A stretch of 64,000 bases of DNA from Anaeromyxobacter sp. (GTDB lineage Bacteria; Myxococcota; Myxococcia; Myxococcales; Anaeromyxobacteraceae): contig JASGJN010000022.1 of NCBI GenBank assembly GCA_049840735.1, positions 384,001 through 448,000 on the forward strand, given 5' to 3'. The translations under genes were made by a program, and so were the position numbers. The notes beneath the pieces were generated by a model that was not told the origin of the DNA, made no database searches, and saw nothing but the letters and a program-made list of their open reading frames with translations. Below are positions 55,907-64,000 of this stretch, piece after piece (position 1 is the first letter of the stretch; every line of letters starts with the position of its first letter).

Positions 55907-56812
55907 TCAGTAGGCCTCGCCGCCGTCGCCCTCGTCCGCCGCCTCGCCGTGCGCCAGCCCGGCGGCCACCGCCTCCAGGTTCTGCGGCCAGGGCGCGCCC
56001 GGCGCGGGGTCCTGCCCCGGCACGTAGACGTCCGCCTGCTGCGGGCCGAGCACGTTGACCCAGGCCAGCACGCGGGTGGTGCCGGGCGTGGCCAGCGGCA
56101 CGCGCACCACGCGCTTCACCTCGGCCGGCGTCCCCTCGAACAGCGTCAGGTTGAGCGTGCCCACGGTGTGGGCCTTGTCGCCGGAAGGCCAGTAGTTGGT
56201 GGCGATGAGGAAGACGCCGCGCGGCGGGGCGCGGTGGATGTAGAGGTAGGGGCCGTAGCCGGGCTGGTCGAAGCTGCCGCCCTGCTCGTTGAGGAAGAAG
56301 GTGCCGCCGCTCGGGCTGGCGGTGCGGGCCCAGTAGACGTGGGCCATCTTCGCGAGCTGCAGCGCGCCGTCCGGCCCCACCGAGGCGGCGGTGGGCTCGT
56401 AGATGTGCAGGTCGGTGTAGACGCCGTCGGTGTCGCTGGTCAGGACCGCGCGCAGCGGGACCGGCGGGACCTGGGCGTAGCAGGTGACCTGGGCGGTGGT
56501 GGTGCCGCCGCGGTTGGTGCCCAGCGCGGTGACCACGTTCTTGCCGGCGGCCGCCGGGAACTTGCGCGAGAACCGGCCCTGGCTGGTCCGCAGCAGGTAG
56601 CGGTCGCCGTTGATCGAGATGGTGATGGGGTCCACGGTGGGGTCGGAGACCGTCCCCTCCACCAGGATCATCCGCCCCACGCTCCAGCCGCCCGAGGGGG
56701 CGGTGAGGTGGATCTCCGGCCGCTGCGTGCCCTGACCGATGGGCATGCCGGCGTCGCGCGCCGGCGCGGGGCCGGCGGCGAGCAGGAGGGCTGCGAGCGT
56801 GGCTGCGAGCAT
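55907..56812 (-). CDS. DUF2135/YfaP-like secreted protein
   Basis: Signal peptide, Ig-like N-terminal part, LRAVLTSDTDGVYTDLHIYEP, PGYGPYLY, TNYW. Confidence 0.75.
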   Translation of the reverse strand: MLAATLAALLLAAGPAPARDAGMPIGQGTQRPEIHLTAPSGGWSVGRMILVEGTVSDPTVDPITISINGDRYLLRTSQGRFSRKFPAAAGKNVVTALGTNRGGTTTAQVTCYAQVPPVPLRAVLTSDTDGVYTDLHIYEPTAASVGPDGALQLAKMAHVYWARTASPSGGTFFLNEQGGSFDQPGYGPYLYIHRAPPRGVFLIATNYWPSGDKAHTVGTLNLTLFEGTPAEVKRVVRVPLATPGTTRVLAWVNVLGPQQADVYVPGQDPAPGAPWPQNLEAVAAGLAHGEAADEGDGGEAY

Positions 56813-56921
56813 CGATGGACCCCTCATCCCGCGCGGTTGGCCAGTGCTCCCGCCCGCGGCGAGGCCACGGGCAGCCGAGCGGGGGCGCGATGATACCCGA
56901 GCGTGTCGCCCGGCTCGCCTC

Positions 56922-56936
56922 GCAAAGCCCGGGCCA
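56922..56936 (-). promoter_or_regulatory. Sigma54-type -24/-12 promoter candidate for the yfa-like operon
   Basis: Minus strand TGGCCCG-GGCT-TTGC, GG-N10-GC, about 110 nt upstream of ATG 56812. Confidence 0.55.
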
Positions 56937-57138
56937 GGTCGTCGCATGGGTCCAGGCGGCCGAAAGGTGCGGTCCGGCAGCAGATTCGCGCCCCTTGTGT
57001 CGCCGCCCGGACACGCGGCCGGTGCGTCCGGCCGGCGACGGCGCAGGTGCCCGCCCCGCACCCGCCTGGCCGCGGCGATTGACCTTGCGTGCCTGGCGTT
57101 CCCGCGTCATCCACCTGGGACTCCCCGGAGCCGCGCCC

Positions 57139-58212
57139 TTGACCCCCCATCCCTCGATCCTGGCCGTCGGCCGCGCGCTCCCGCCCCACGCGGTGGACCA
57201 GGAGACGCTCATCGCCGCGCTCTCCACCTACTGGCAGGCCAGGCACTTCAACGTCGAGCGCCTGGCCGACCTGCACCGGGCGACGCGGGTGGGCTCCCGC
57301 CACCTGGCGCTGCCGCTGGCGGAGTACGCCGGCCTCGACACCTTCGCGAAGAGCAACGCCGCCTACGCCAGGGTGGGCGCCGAGGTGGGCGAGGCGGCGG
57401 TGCGGGCCGCGCTGGCGCAGGCCGGGCTCGGGCCGGGCGACGTGGACCACCTCTTCTTCGTCACCGTCACCGGCGTGGCCACGCCCTCGCTGGACGCGCG
57501 GCTGGTCAACCGGCTCGGCCTCCCGGCGCACGTGAAGCGGACGCCCATCTTCGGCCTGGGGTGCCAGGCCGGCGCCTCCGGCCTGGCGCGCGCCTCGGAC
57601 GTGCTGCGCGCCTTCCCGGGCCAGGTGGCGGTGCTGCTCTCGGTGGAGCTCTGCTCGCTCACGCTGCAGCGCGAGGACGTCTCGGTGCCCAACGTGATCG
57701 CCAGCGGGCTGTTCGGCGACGGCGCGGCGGCGGCGGTGCTGGCCGGCGGGGACCGGCCGGGCCGGCCCGGGCTGCGCGCCCCGCGGGTGCTTGCGACGCG
57801 CGCCACCTTCTACCCCGACACCGAGTGGGTGATGGGCTGGGACGTGGTGGACAGCGGCTTCAAGGTGGTGCTGTCGGCGCAGGTGCCGCAGGTGGTGAAG
57901 GCGCACGTGGGCGCCGACGTGGACCGCTTCCTGGCCGACCACGGCCTGGACCGCGGGCGGATCCGCCACTGGATTGCCCACACCGGCGGGCCCAAGGTGC
58001 TGGAGGCGTTCCAGGGGGCGCTGGCGCTCCCGGACGGCGCGCTGGCGCGCTCGTGGCGCTCGCTGGAGGAGGTGGGCAACCTCTCGTCGGCCTCGGTGCT
58101 GTTCGTGCTGGGGGAGCTGCTGGAGGCCGGCGAGGCCCGCGAGGGCGACCTGGGGCTCCTGGCGGCCATGGGGCCGGGCTTCTCCTCCGAGCTGGTGCTG
58201 CTCCAGTGGTGA
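57139..58212 (+). CDS. Type III polyketide synthase
   Basis: Cys-His-Asn triad GLGCQAG, AHTGGPK, GNLSSAS; SVELCSL, LFGDGAAA, MGPGF. TTG start follows GGAG. Confidence 0.93.
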   Translation: MTPHPSILAVGRALPPHAVDQETLIAALSTYWQARHFNVERLADLHRATRVGSRHLALPLAEYAGLDTFAKSNAAYARVGAEVGEAAVRAALAQAGLGPGDVDHLFFVTVTGVATPSLDARLVNRLGLPAHVKRTPIFGLGCQAGASGLARASDVLRAFPGQVAVLLSVELCSLTLQREDVSVPNVIASGLFGDGAAAAVLAGGDRPGRPGLRAPRVLATRATFYPDTEWVMGWDVVDSGFKVVLSAQVPQVVKAHVGADVDRFLADHGLDRGRIRHWIAHTGGPKVLEAFQGALALPDGALARSWRSLEEVGNLSSASVLFVLGELLEAGEAREGDLGLLAAMGPGFSSELVLLQW

Positions 58213-58775
58213 GCGCCCTGGACCTCGGGCGCGCGGTGCTGGCCGCGGTGGCGCTGGAGCGCCTGGCGGAGCTCGTCCTCTCCGCGCGCCACGCCCGCGC
58301 GCTGCGGGCCCGCGGCGCGGTCGAGGCCGGGCGCGGCCACTACCCGGCCATGGTGGGCTTCCACGCGGCGGTGCTGGCGGCCTGCGCGCTGGAGCCGCTC
58401 GTCCGGCCCGGCGCCTGGCCGCTGGCGGCGGCGCTGGCCGGAGCCGCCGGCGTGGCGGCGGCCCAGGCGCTGCGCTGGTGGGCGGTGGTGACGCTGGGTG
58501 AACGCTGGACCACGCGCGTGCTGGTGCTGCCCGGGGCGCCGCCGGTGGTGGGCGGCCCCTACCGCTGGCTGCGCCACCCCAACTACGCCGCGGTGGCGCT
58601 GGAGCTCGCGGCGCTGCCGCTGGCGGCCGGCGCCTGGCGGACGGCCATCGCCGCCACGCTGGGCAACGCGCTCCTGCTGGCGGTCCGGATCCGGGTGGAG
58701 GAGCGGGCGCTGGGGAGCGGCTGGGCGGCGGCCTTCGACCGGCCCCGCCGCGGCGCGGGGAGGGTGCACGGATGA
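58209..58775 (+). CDS. ICMT-family membrane methyltransferase (SrsB/BpsB-like)
   Basis: ERLAEL, HYPAMVGFH, LRWW..TLGERWTTRV, GPYRWLRHPNY, RIRVEERAL; GTGA overlap. Confidence 0.9.
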   Translation: MSALDLGRAVLAAVALERLAELVLSARHARALRARGAVEAGRGHYPAMVGFHAAVLAACALEPLVRPGAWPLAAALAGAAGVAAAQALRWWAVVTLGERWTTRVLVLPGAPPVVGGPYRWLRHPNYAAVALELAALPLAAGAWRTAIAATLGNALLLAVRIRVEERALGSGWAAAFDRPRRGAGRVHG

Positions 58776-59029
58776 CGGCGGGCGAGCAGCGGGTGGCGGA
58801 CGAGATCCTGCGCCTGGCGCGCGAGGAGCTGCAGCTGCGCGGCCCGGTCCCGCGGGCGGACGAGCCGCTGGCCGGCGCGCTCGACTCGCTGGCGCTGCTG
58901 TCGCTGGTGGTGGCGGTGGAGGACCGGTTCCGGGTGGCGCTGCGGGACGACGACACGGCGGGGCTGCAGACGCTGGAGGACCTGGCGCGGCTGGTGGCGG
59001 CGCGAGCCGGCCCGGAGGTGCTGCCGTGA
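58772..59029 (+). CDS. Acyl carrier protein
   Basis: LDSLALL..VVAVEDRF motif, 85 aa; ATGA overlap. Confidence 0.88.
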   Translation: MTAGEQRVADEILRLAREELQLRGPVPRADEPLAGALDSLALLSLVVAVEDRFRVALRDDDTAGLQTLEDLARLVAARAGPEVLP

Positions 59030-60816
59030 TCCTGCGCGGCCCGCCCGCCCCGCCGCCCCGCTGGCCCACCCTGGTGGACGCGCTGGGGCCGGCCGCGCGC
59101 ACGGCCACCGGCGTCACCTTCGTGGACCTGCAGGAGCGCGAGACCTTCCTGCCCTGGCCGGAGGTGTTCGCGCGCGGCGAGCGGGCCGCGGCGGCGCTGG
59201 CCGCGCACGGGGTCCGCCCGGGCGACCGGGTGGCCATCGTCCTGCGCACCGAGCCGGCCTTCCTGGACGCGTTCCTGGGGGCCTGGCTGTGCGGCGCGGT
59301 GCCGGTGCCGCTCTACCCGCCGGTGCGGCTGGGCCGGCTGGAGGAGTACGCCGCGGCCACCGCGCGGATGGTGCAGGTGTCCGGCGCGCGGGTGATCGTC
59401 ACCGGCGGCGGCACGCGGCAGCTGCTGGGGCCGGTGGTGGAGCGGGCCCGGCCGGCGCTGGGCGCGCTGGAGGCGGCGCGGCTGCTGGACGGGACGGCGC
59501 GGCTGGCGCTCCCGGCGCGGCCGGAGGCCACCGGCCTGGTGCAGTTCTCCTCCGGCTCGACCGTGGACCCCAAGCCGGTGGCGCTCTCGCACGGCGCCCT
59601 GCGGGCCATGACCGACGCGCTGGTGGCGGCCACCGATCCCGACGCGCGCGACGTGATGGTCTCCTGGCTGCCGCTCTACCACGACATGGGGCTGATCGGC
59701 TGCCTGCTCTCGGCCATGGTCTACCCGGGGCCGCTGGTGCTGATCGCGCCGGAGCACTTCCTGGCCCGGCCGGCGCTCTGGCCGCGGGCGGTGGCGCGCC
59801 ACCGCGGCACCCTCTCGGCCGCGCCCAGCTTCGCCTTCGCCTACGTGGCCGATCGCGTGCGCCCCGCCGACCTGGAGGGCTGCTCGCTGTCCAGCTGGCG
59901 GCGGGTGCTGGACGGGGCCGAGCCGATCTCGGGCCAGGCGCTCCGCCGCTTCGCCGCGCACCTGGCGCCGCACGGCCTCGACCCGCGGGCGTTGCTGCCG
60001 GTGTACGGCCTCTCCGAGGCGGCGCTGGCGGTCACCTTCGCGCGACCGGGGGCGCCGCTCACCGGGCGGCGGATCGACCCGGTGCGGCTGGCGCGCGACG
60101 GCGAGGTGGCGCCGGGCGGGCGCGAGGTGCTGTCGGTGGGGCAGCCGGTGCCGGGGGTCGAGGTGGCGGTGCGCGACCGCGCCGGCCAGCCCTGTCCGGA
60201 GGGGCGGCTGGGGCGCCTCTTCGTGCGCGGGCCGGCGCTGATGGACGGCTACCTGGGCGATCCGGAGGCCACCGCGCGGGCGCTGCGCGGGGGCTGGCTC
60301 GACACCGGCGACCTGGGGTTCGTCGCCGACGGCGAGCTGTACGTGCACGGCCGCGCCAAGGACGTGGTGATCGTGCGCGGCGCCAACCACGCGCCGGAGG
60401 AGTTCGAGGCCCCGCTGGCGGGCGTGCCCGGGCTGCGGCCGGGCTGCGCGGTGGCGCTGGGGTTCACGCCGCCGCAGGGCGGGGAGGGGCTGCTGGTCCT
60501 GGCGGAGCGGGCGCGCGAGGTGGACGGCGGCGAGCCGGCGCAGGCGCTGGAGGAGCGGATCCGCCGGGCGGTGGCGGCGGCCACCGGGGTGGTGCCGGAC
60601 GAGGTCCGGCTGCTGGCGCCTGGCACGCTGCCGCGCACCTCCTCCGGCAAGCTGCGTCGGGCCGAGGCGCTGCGGCGCTTCCAGGCCGGCCAGCTGACGC
60701 CGCCGCGGCCGGCCACGGCGCTGCGGGTGGCGCTGGCGGCGGCCCGCTCGCAGCTGGCCTGGATGCGGGCCCGGTGGCGGGGGCCGCTCCGCGCCGCGCG
60801 CGGGGAGGACCCGTGA
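59026..60816 (+). CDS. Fatty acyl-AMP ligase
   Basis: QFSSGSTVDPK, SWLPLYHDMGLIG, VYGLSEA, DTGDLG, GRAKD, LPRTSSGKLRR. Confidence 0.92.
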   Translation: MILRGPPAPPPRWPTLVDALGPAARTATGVTFVDLQERETFLPWPEVFARGERAAAALAAHGVRPGDRVAIVLRTEPAFLDAFLGAWLCGAVPVPLYPPVRLGRLEEYAAATARMVQVSGARVIVTGGGTRQLLGPVVERARPALGALEAARLLDGTARLALPARPEATGLVQFSSGSTVDPKPVALSHGALRAMTDALVAATDPDARDVMVSWLPLYHDMGLIGCLLSAMVYPGPLVLIAPEHFLARPALWPRAVARHRGTLSAAPSFAFAYVADRVRPADLEGCSLSSWRRVLDGAEPISGQALRRFAAHLAPHGLDPRALLPVYGLSEAALAVTFARPGAPLTGRRIDPVRLARDGEVAPGGREVLSVGQPVPGVEVAVRDRAGQPCPEGRLGRLFVRGPALMDGYLGDPEATARALRGGWLDTGDLGFVADGELYVHGRAKDVVIVRGANHAPEEFEAPLAGVPGLRPGCAVALGFTPPQGGEGLLVLAERAREVDGGEPAQALEERIRRAVAAATGVVPDEVRLLAPGTLPRTSSGKLRRAEALRRFQAGQLTPPRPATALRVALAAARSQLAWMRARWRGPLRAARGEDP

Positions 60817-61907
60817 GCCGGCGGCGCGACGCGGTGGTGGTGGGCGGCGGGCCGGCCGGCCTGGCCTTCGCCGCCGCCGCGGCGGCGCGCGGGCTGGACG
60901 TGACGGTGCTGGAGCGGCGCGAGGGGCCGCTCGACAAGGCCTGCGGGGAGGGGCTCCTGCCGGCCGGCGTGCGCGCGCTGGCGGCGCTGGACGCGCTGGA
61001 GGCCATCGACCCGCTGGAGTCGAGCCCCTTCGGCGAGCTGCGCTGGTGCGAGCCGGGGTGCAGCCCGGCGCGGCTGGCCCTTCCGGCGCCGGGCGGGCTG
61101 GGCGTGCGCCGCACCGCGCTGGTGGACGCGCTGCGGAGCTGCGCCGCGGCCGCGGGGGCCGAGCTCTTGACCGGCGCGGAGGTGACCGGCCACGCGCGCA
61201 CCGCCGGCGGGATCCGGGCAGAGGTGGCGGGCGGCGAGGCGGTGGAGGCGCGGCTCCTGGTGGCGGCCGACGGGCTGGCTTCGCCCACGCGGCGGCGCGA
61301 GGGGCTGGAGCGCCCGGTGCACGGCCGGCCGCGCTTCGGCATCCGCCGCCACTTCGCCGTGCCGCCCTGGGCCGGCGCGGTGGAGGTCCACTTCGGCGAG
61401 GGGGCCGAGGCCTACGTCACGCCGGCCGGGCCGGCGCGCATCGGCGTGGCCATCCTGTTCGAGCACGAGGCCCGGGGGCGCTTCGAGGCGCTGCTGCAGC
61501 GCTTCCCGGCGCTGGACCAGCTGCTGGACGGCGCCGAGCCGGTTCCGGAGGCGCGCGGCGCCGGCCCGCTGGAGCGCCGGGCCAAGGCCCGCGTCGCCGA
61601 CCGGCTGGTGCTGCTGGGCGACGCCGCCGGCTACCTCGACGCCGTCACCGGCGAGGGGCTCTCGATCGCGTTCGGCGCGGCGCTGGACCTGGCCGCGCTC
61701 CTGCCGGCGGCGCTGGCCGCGGGCGCCGGGCCGGCCGCGCTGGCGCCCTACGAGGCCGCCTGGGCGCGGCGCTACCGGGCCTACGCGGCCTGGACCCGGC
61801 TGGTGCTGCTGCTCTCGCGCCACCGGGCGCTGCGCCGCCAGGTGCTGCGGCTGGTGACCGCGCGGCCGCAGCCCTTCGAGCGGGTGGTGGCCGCCGCGGT
61901 GGGGTAG
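60813..61907 (+). CDS. FAD-dependent oxidoreductase/hydroxylase (SrsC-like)
   Basis: VVGGGPAG, DKACGEGL, AADGLAS, LGDAAGYLDAVTGEG. Confidence 0.88.
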   Translation: MSRRRDAVVVGGGPAGLAFAAAAAARGLDVTVLERREGPLDKACGEGLLPAGVRALAALDALEAIDPLESSPFGELRWCEPGCSPARLALPAPGGLGVRRTALVDALRSCAAAAGAELLTGAEVTGHARTAGGIRAEVAGGEAVEARLLVAADGLASPTRRREGLERPVHGRPRFGIRRHFAVPPWAGAVEVHFGEGAEAYVTPAGPARIGVAILFEHEARGRFEALLQRFPALDQLLDGAEPVPEARGAGPLERRAKARVADRLVLLGDAAGYLDAVTGEGLSIAFGAALDLAALLPAALAAGAGPAALAPYEAAWARRYRAYAAWTRLVLLLSRHRALRRQVLRLVTARPQPFERVVAAAVG

Positions 61908-61947
61908 CGCGGTCGCCGCGCCGCGCGGGGAGCGGTATGGTCGGGGG

Positions 61948-63360
61948 ATGACGCAGGGGACGCTCGCTCCACGGCCTCACCGCTGGCTGGCCCTGGCCGC
62001 GCTGGGCTGCGCCGTGGCCTGCGGCGGCGGCTCGGGGGGCGACGCGCCGCCCGCGCCGGAGGGGCTGCAGGTGGCGGTGGGGGACGGCGCGGTGAGCCTG
62101 GCCTGGCGCGCGTCGTCCGGGGCCACGGCCTACGAGGTCACGGTCTCGCCCGAGGCGCCCGGGGCGGTGGTGGTGGTGGCGGGCCGGAGCGCCGCCGTGC
62201 GCGGGCTCGCGAACGGCACGCGCTACCTGCTGGCGGTGCGGGCCACGAACGCGGACGGCGCCAGCCCGGCGGCGCAGCTGGAGGCCACCCCGACCGCGGT
62301 GGACCCGGCGGCCTACGCGCCGCTGCAGGTGGCCGGCGACGACAGCCCCAGCGGCGTCTTCGACCCCTCCGTGCTGCGGACGTCGGCCGGCGAGCTCTGG
62401 CTGGCCTACTCCGGCGTCGACTACCACCTCGACGCGCAGTCGCACCAGGTGCAGGACGTCTCCACCCGGCTGGCCCGGAGCGCCGACGGCGGCCGGACCT
62501 TCACCTTCGCGCGGACGCTGGCCGCCGCCGGGCCGGCCACGGTCACCGACACCACCCACCAGCTCTGCGGCGCCACCACCTGCAGCGGCCGCTGGGTGCA
62601 CGAGACGCCCTGGCTGGTGGAGGACGCGGCCGATCCCGACCCGGCCCGGCGCTTCAAGCTCTTCGCCATGAAGTACTTCCTCTACCCGCCGGCCACCCCG
62701 GCCACGGTCTACGCGCTGGGCGCCGTCGTGATGTGGACCGCCCCCACGCCCGGCGGCGCCTGGTCGGAGGAGGGCCCGCTGCTGGGCTGGGCGCTCACGC
62801 CGCCGGAGCTGGCCGCGCCGGTGGACGTGAACGGGCTCGACCCGGCGCTGGGCGACTGCGTGGTGCTGGCGGAGGGCGGGGCCTGGGTGCGCGACGGCGC
62901 GCTCGACCTGGTGCTCTCCTGCCCGGTGCCGGGCGCCGACCCGCTGCCGCAGAAGATCGTGCTGCTGCGCAGCCGCGACCACGCCCGCACCTTCAGCTAC
63001 GTCTCCACGCTGCTCGAGCCGGAGGACGCGGCCGCCTACGGCGCCAGCTTCTTCACCGCGCCCTCGCTCCCGCCCGCGGCGGACCAGGCGCCGGTGCTGC
63101 TGGTGACGCCCACCCTGTCCGGCTTCTACGCCGGCTGCCTGGCGCTGCCCTTCGCCGACCCGGTGGCCGGTACGCTGGTGCGGGCGGGCGGCGTGCCGGT
63201 GCCCATCCTCGGGGCGCCGGTGCCGGCGGCCGGCCACTTCGGCGGCGCCTGCGCCTGGGAGGGCGGGCTGGGCGCGCCCGGGATCCTGATCGACGACGTG
63301 GTGCTGGGCGGACCCTGGCCGCCGCAGTTCCGCATCCTGGCCACCGGGCACGGGCTGTAG
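61948..63360 (+). CDS. Lipoprotein with a fibronectin type III domain and an Asp-box (BNR) beta-propeller
   Basis: Lipobox AVAC; FN3 pattern VSLAW...YEV...GLANGTRY..AVRATN; Asp boxes RSADGGRTF and RSRDHARTF. Confidence 0.75.
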   Translation: MTQGTLAPRPHRWLALAALGCAVACGGGSGGDAPPAPEGLQVAVGDGAVSLAWRASSGATAYEVTVSPEAPGAVVVVAGRSAAVRGLANGTRYLLAVRATNADGASPAAQLEATPTAVDPAAYAPLQVAGDDSPSGVFDPSVLRTSAGELWLAYSGVDYHLDAQSHQVQDVSTRLARSADGGRTFTFARTLAAAGPATVTDTTHQLCGATTCSGRWVHETPWLVEDAADPDPARRFKLFAMKYFLYPPATPATVYALGAVVMWTAPTPGGAWSEEGPLLGWALTPPELAAPVDVNGLDPALGDCVVLAEGGAWVRDGALDLVLSCPVPGADPLPQKIVLLRSRDHARTFSYVSTLLEPEDAAAYGASFFTAPSLPPAADQAPVLLVTPTLSGFYAGCLALPFADPVAGTLVRAGGVPVPILGAPVPAAGHFGGACAWEGGLGAPGILIDDVVLGGPWPPQFRILATGHGL

Positions 63361-63383
63361 CGCGCCTGGCCCGCACGCGCCGC

Positions 63384-64000
63384 TCAGGCCTGGCCGGCCC
63401 AGGGCGCCGCGAGCAGCTGGGGCAGGTCCGGGTGCTCGGGCGAGAGCGCCAGCCGCTCGAGGTAGGCGCCCACGTCCAGGAAGCCGGCGCGCGACAGCTC
63501 GCGGGCCACCCGCCGGGCGCGGCGCTCGTCCCGGGGCAGGAAGACCAGGTCCACGCCGACGTGCGGCTCCGGCGCCGGGCAGCCGTGGTGGGTGGCGCCC
63601 AGGCGCCGCAGCGCCTCGCGCAGGCGGGCGTGCTCGGCCCCGCCCCGCACGGCGAAGAGGTGGAAGCGGCGGCGCAGCTCGGTCAGGCGGGGCCGATCGA
63701 GCACGTGGCGGATCAGCAGCCCGTTCAGCCAGACCCGGCGGCCGACCCGGCCGGCCAGCCAGCGCGCGGCCGAGAAGTGGTGCGCGCCGCCGCTGTTGGC
63801 CAGCACCACGCGGCCGTCCCACTGGTGCCAGACGAAGTAGTCCGGCCCGCCGCGCGCGATGCGGACGCCGCGGTAGGCCAGGTTGGAGCGGACGCCGTCG
63901 CCGGAGACGTCGCCCAAGAGCTCCGGGGTGACCGAGGTGACCAGCGAGTCGAGGCAGGCGAACCGCTCCAGCGGCGAGTGCGAGGCGGTCAGCGCCTCCA
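63384..64000 (-). CDS. Hypothetical protein (DUF6685-like motif), 5'-truncated by the window edge
   Basis: Frame stays open to the window end (EALTASHSPLERFACLDS...). Motif WDGRVVLANSGGAHHFSAARWLA. Confidence 0.65.
   Translation of the reverse strand, partial: EALTASHSPLERFACLDSLVTSVTPELLGDVSGDGVRSNLAYRGVRIARGGPDYFVWHQWDGRVVLANSGGAHHFSAARWLAGRVGRRVWLNGLLIRHVLDRPRLTELRRRFHLFAVRGGAEHARLREALRRLGATHHGCPAPEPHVGVDLVFLPRDERRARRVARELSRAGFLDVGAYLERLALSPEHPDLPQLLAAPWAGQA

Overview
Very GC-rich bacterial DNA whose gene content and style point to an Anaeromyxobacter-like myxobacterium (inference). In order: the 3' part of a GH13 alpha-amylase; a TonB-C-like protein; a membrane-anchored M24 peptidase; a minus-strand futalosine-pathway menaquinone operon (ubiD/mqnL, menG, ubiX/mqnM, mqnE, an mqnA-mqnC fusion, a deaminase, mqnP, a GbsR-type regulator and a catalytically degenerate GH13 with a zinc ribbon); an M16 peptidase; a long-chain polyprenyl synthase; an FG-GAP lipoprotein; a first alpha-2-macroglobulin locus (giant repeat protein, A2M, PBP1C); a GT39-like transferase; truA, asd, clpB and a sensor kinase; a second yfa/mag-type A2M operon; a five-gene type III PKS cluster; and two unknown genes. 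Best leads: (1) a shared TTCAAC-N4-GTTGAA palindrome upstream of both the menaquinone ring operon and the prenyl-tail synthase, a likely GbsR-type regulon; (2) the GH13 pseudoenzyme ending that operon; (3) two A2M systems, both with CLEQ thioester motifs and the same sigma54-like site, with unusual partners; (4) a palindromic repeat family sitting in-frame at coupled gene junctions, one copy with a 28-bp junction duplication; (5) four +1 frameshifts, three at GATC, probably sequencing artefacts. No tRNA, rRNA, CRISPR array or transposase was found. All family calls come from motif recognition by eye, not database searches.
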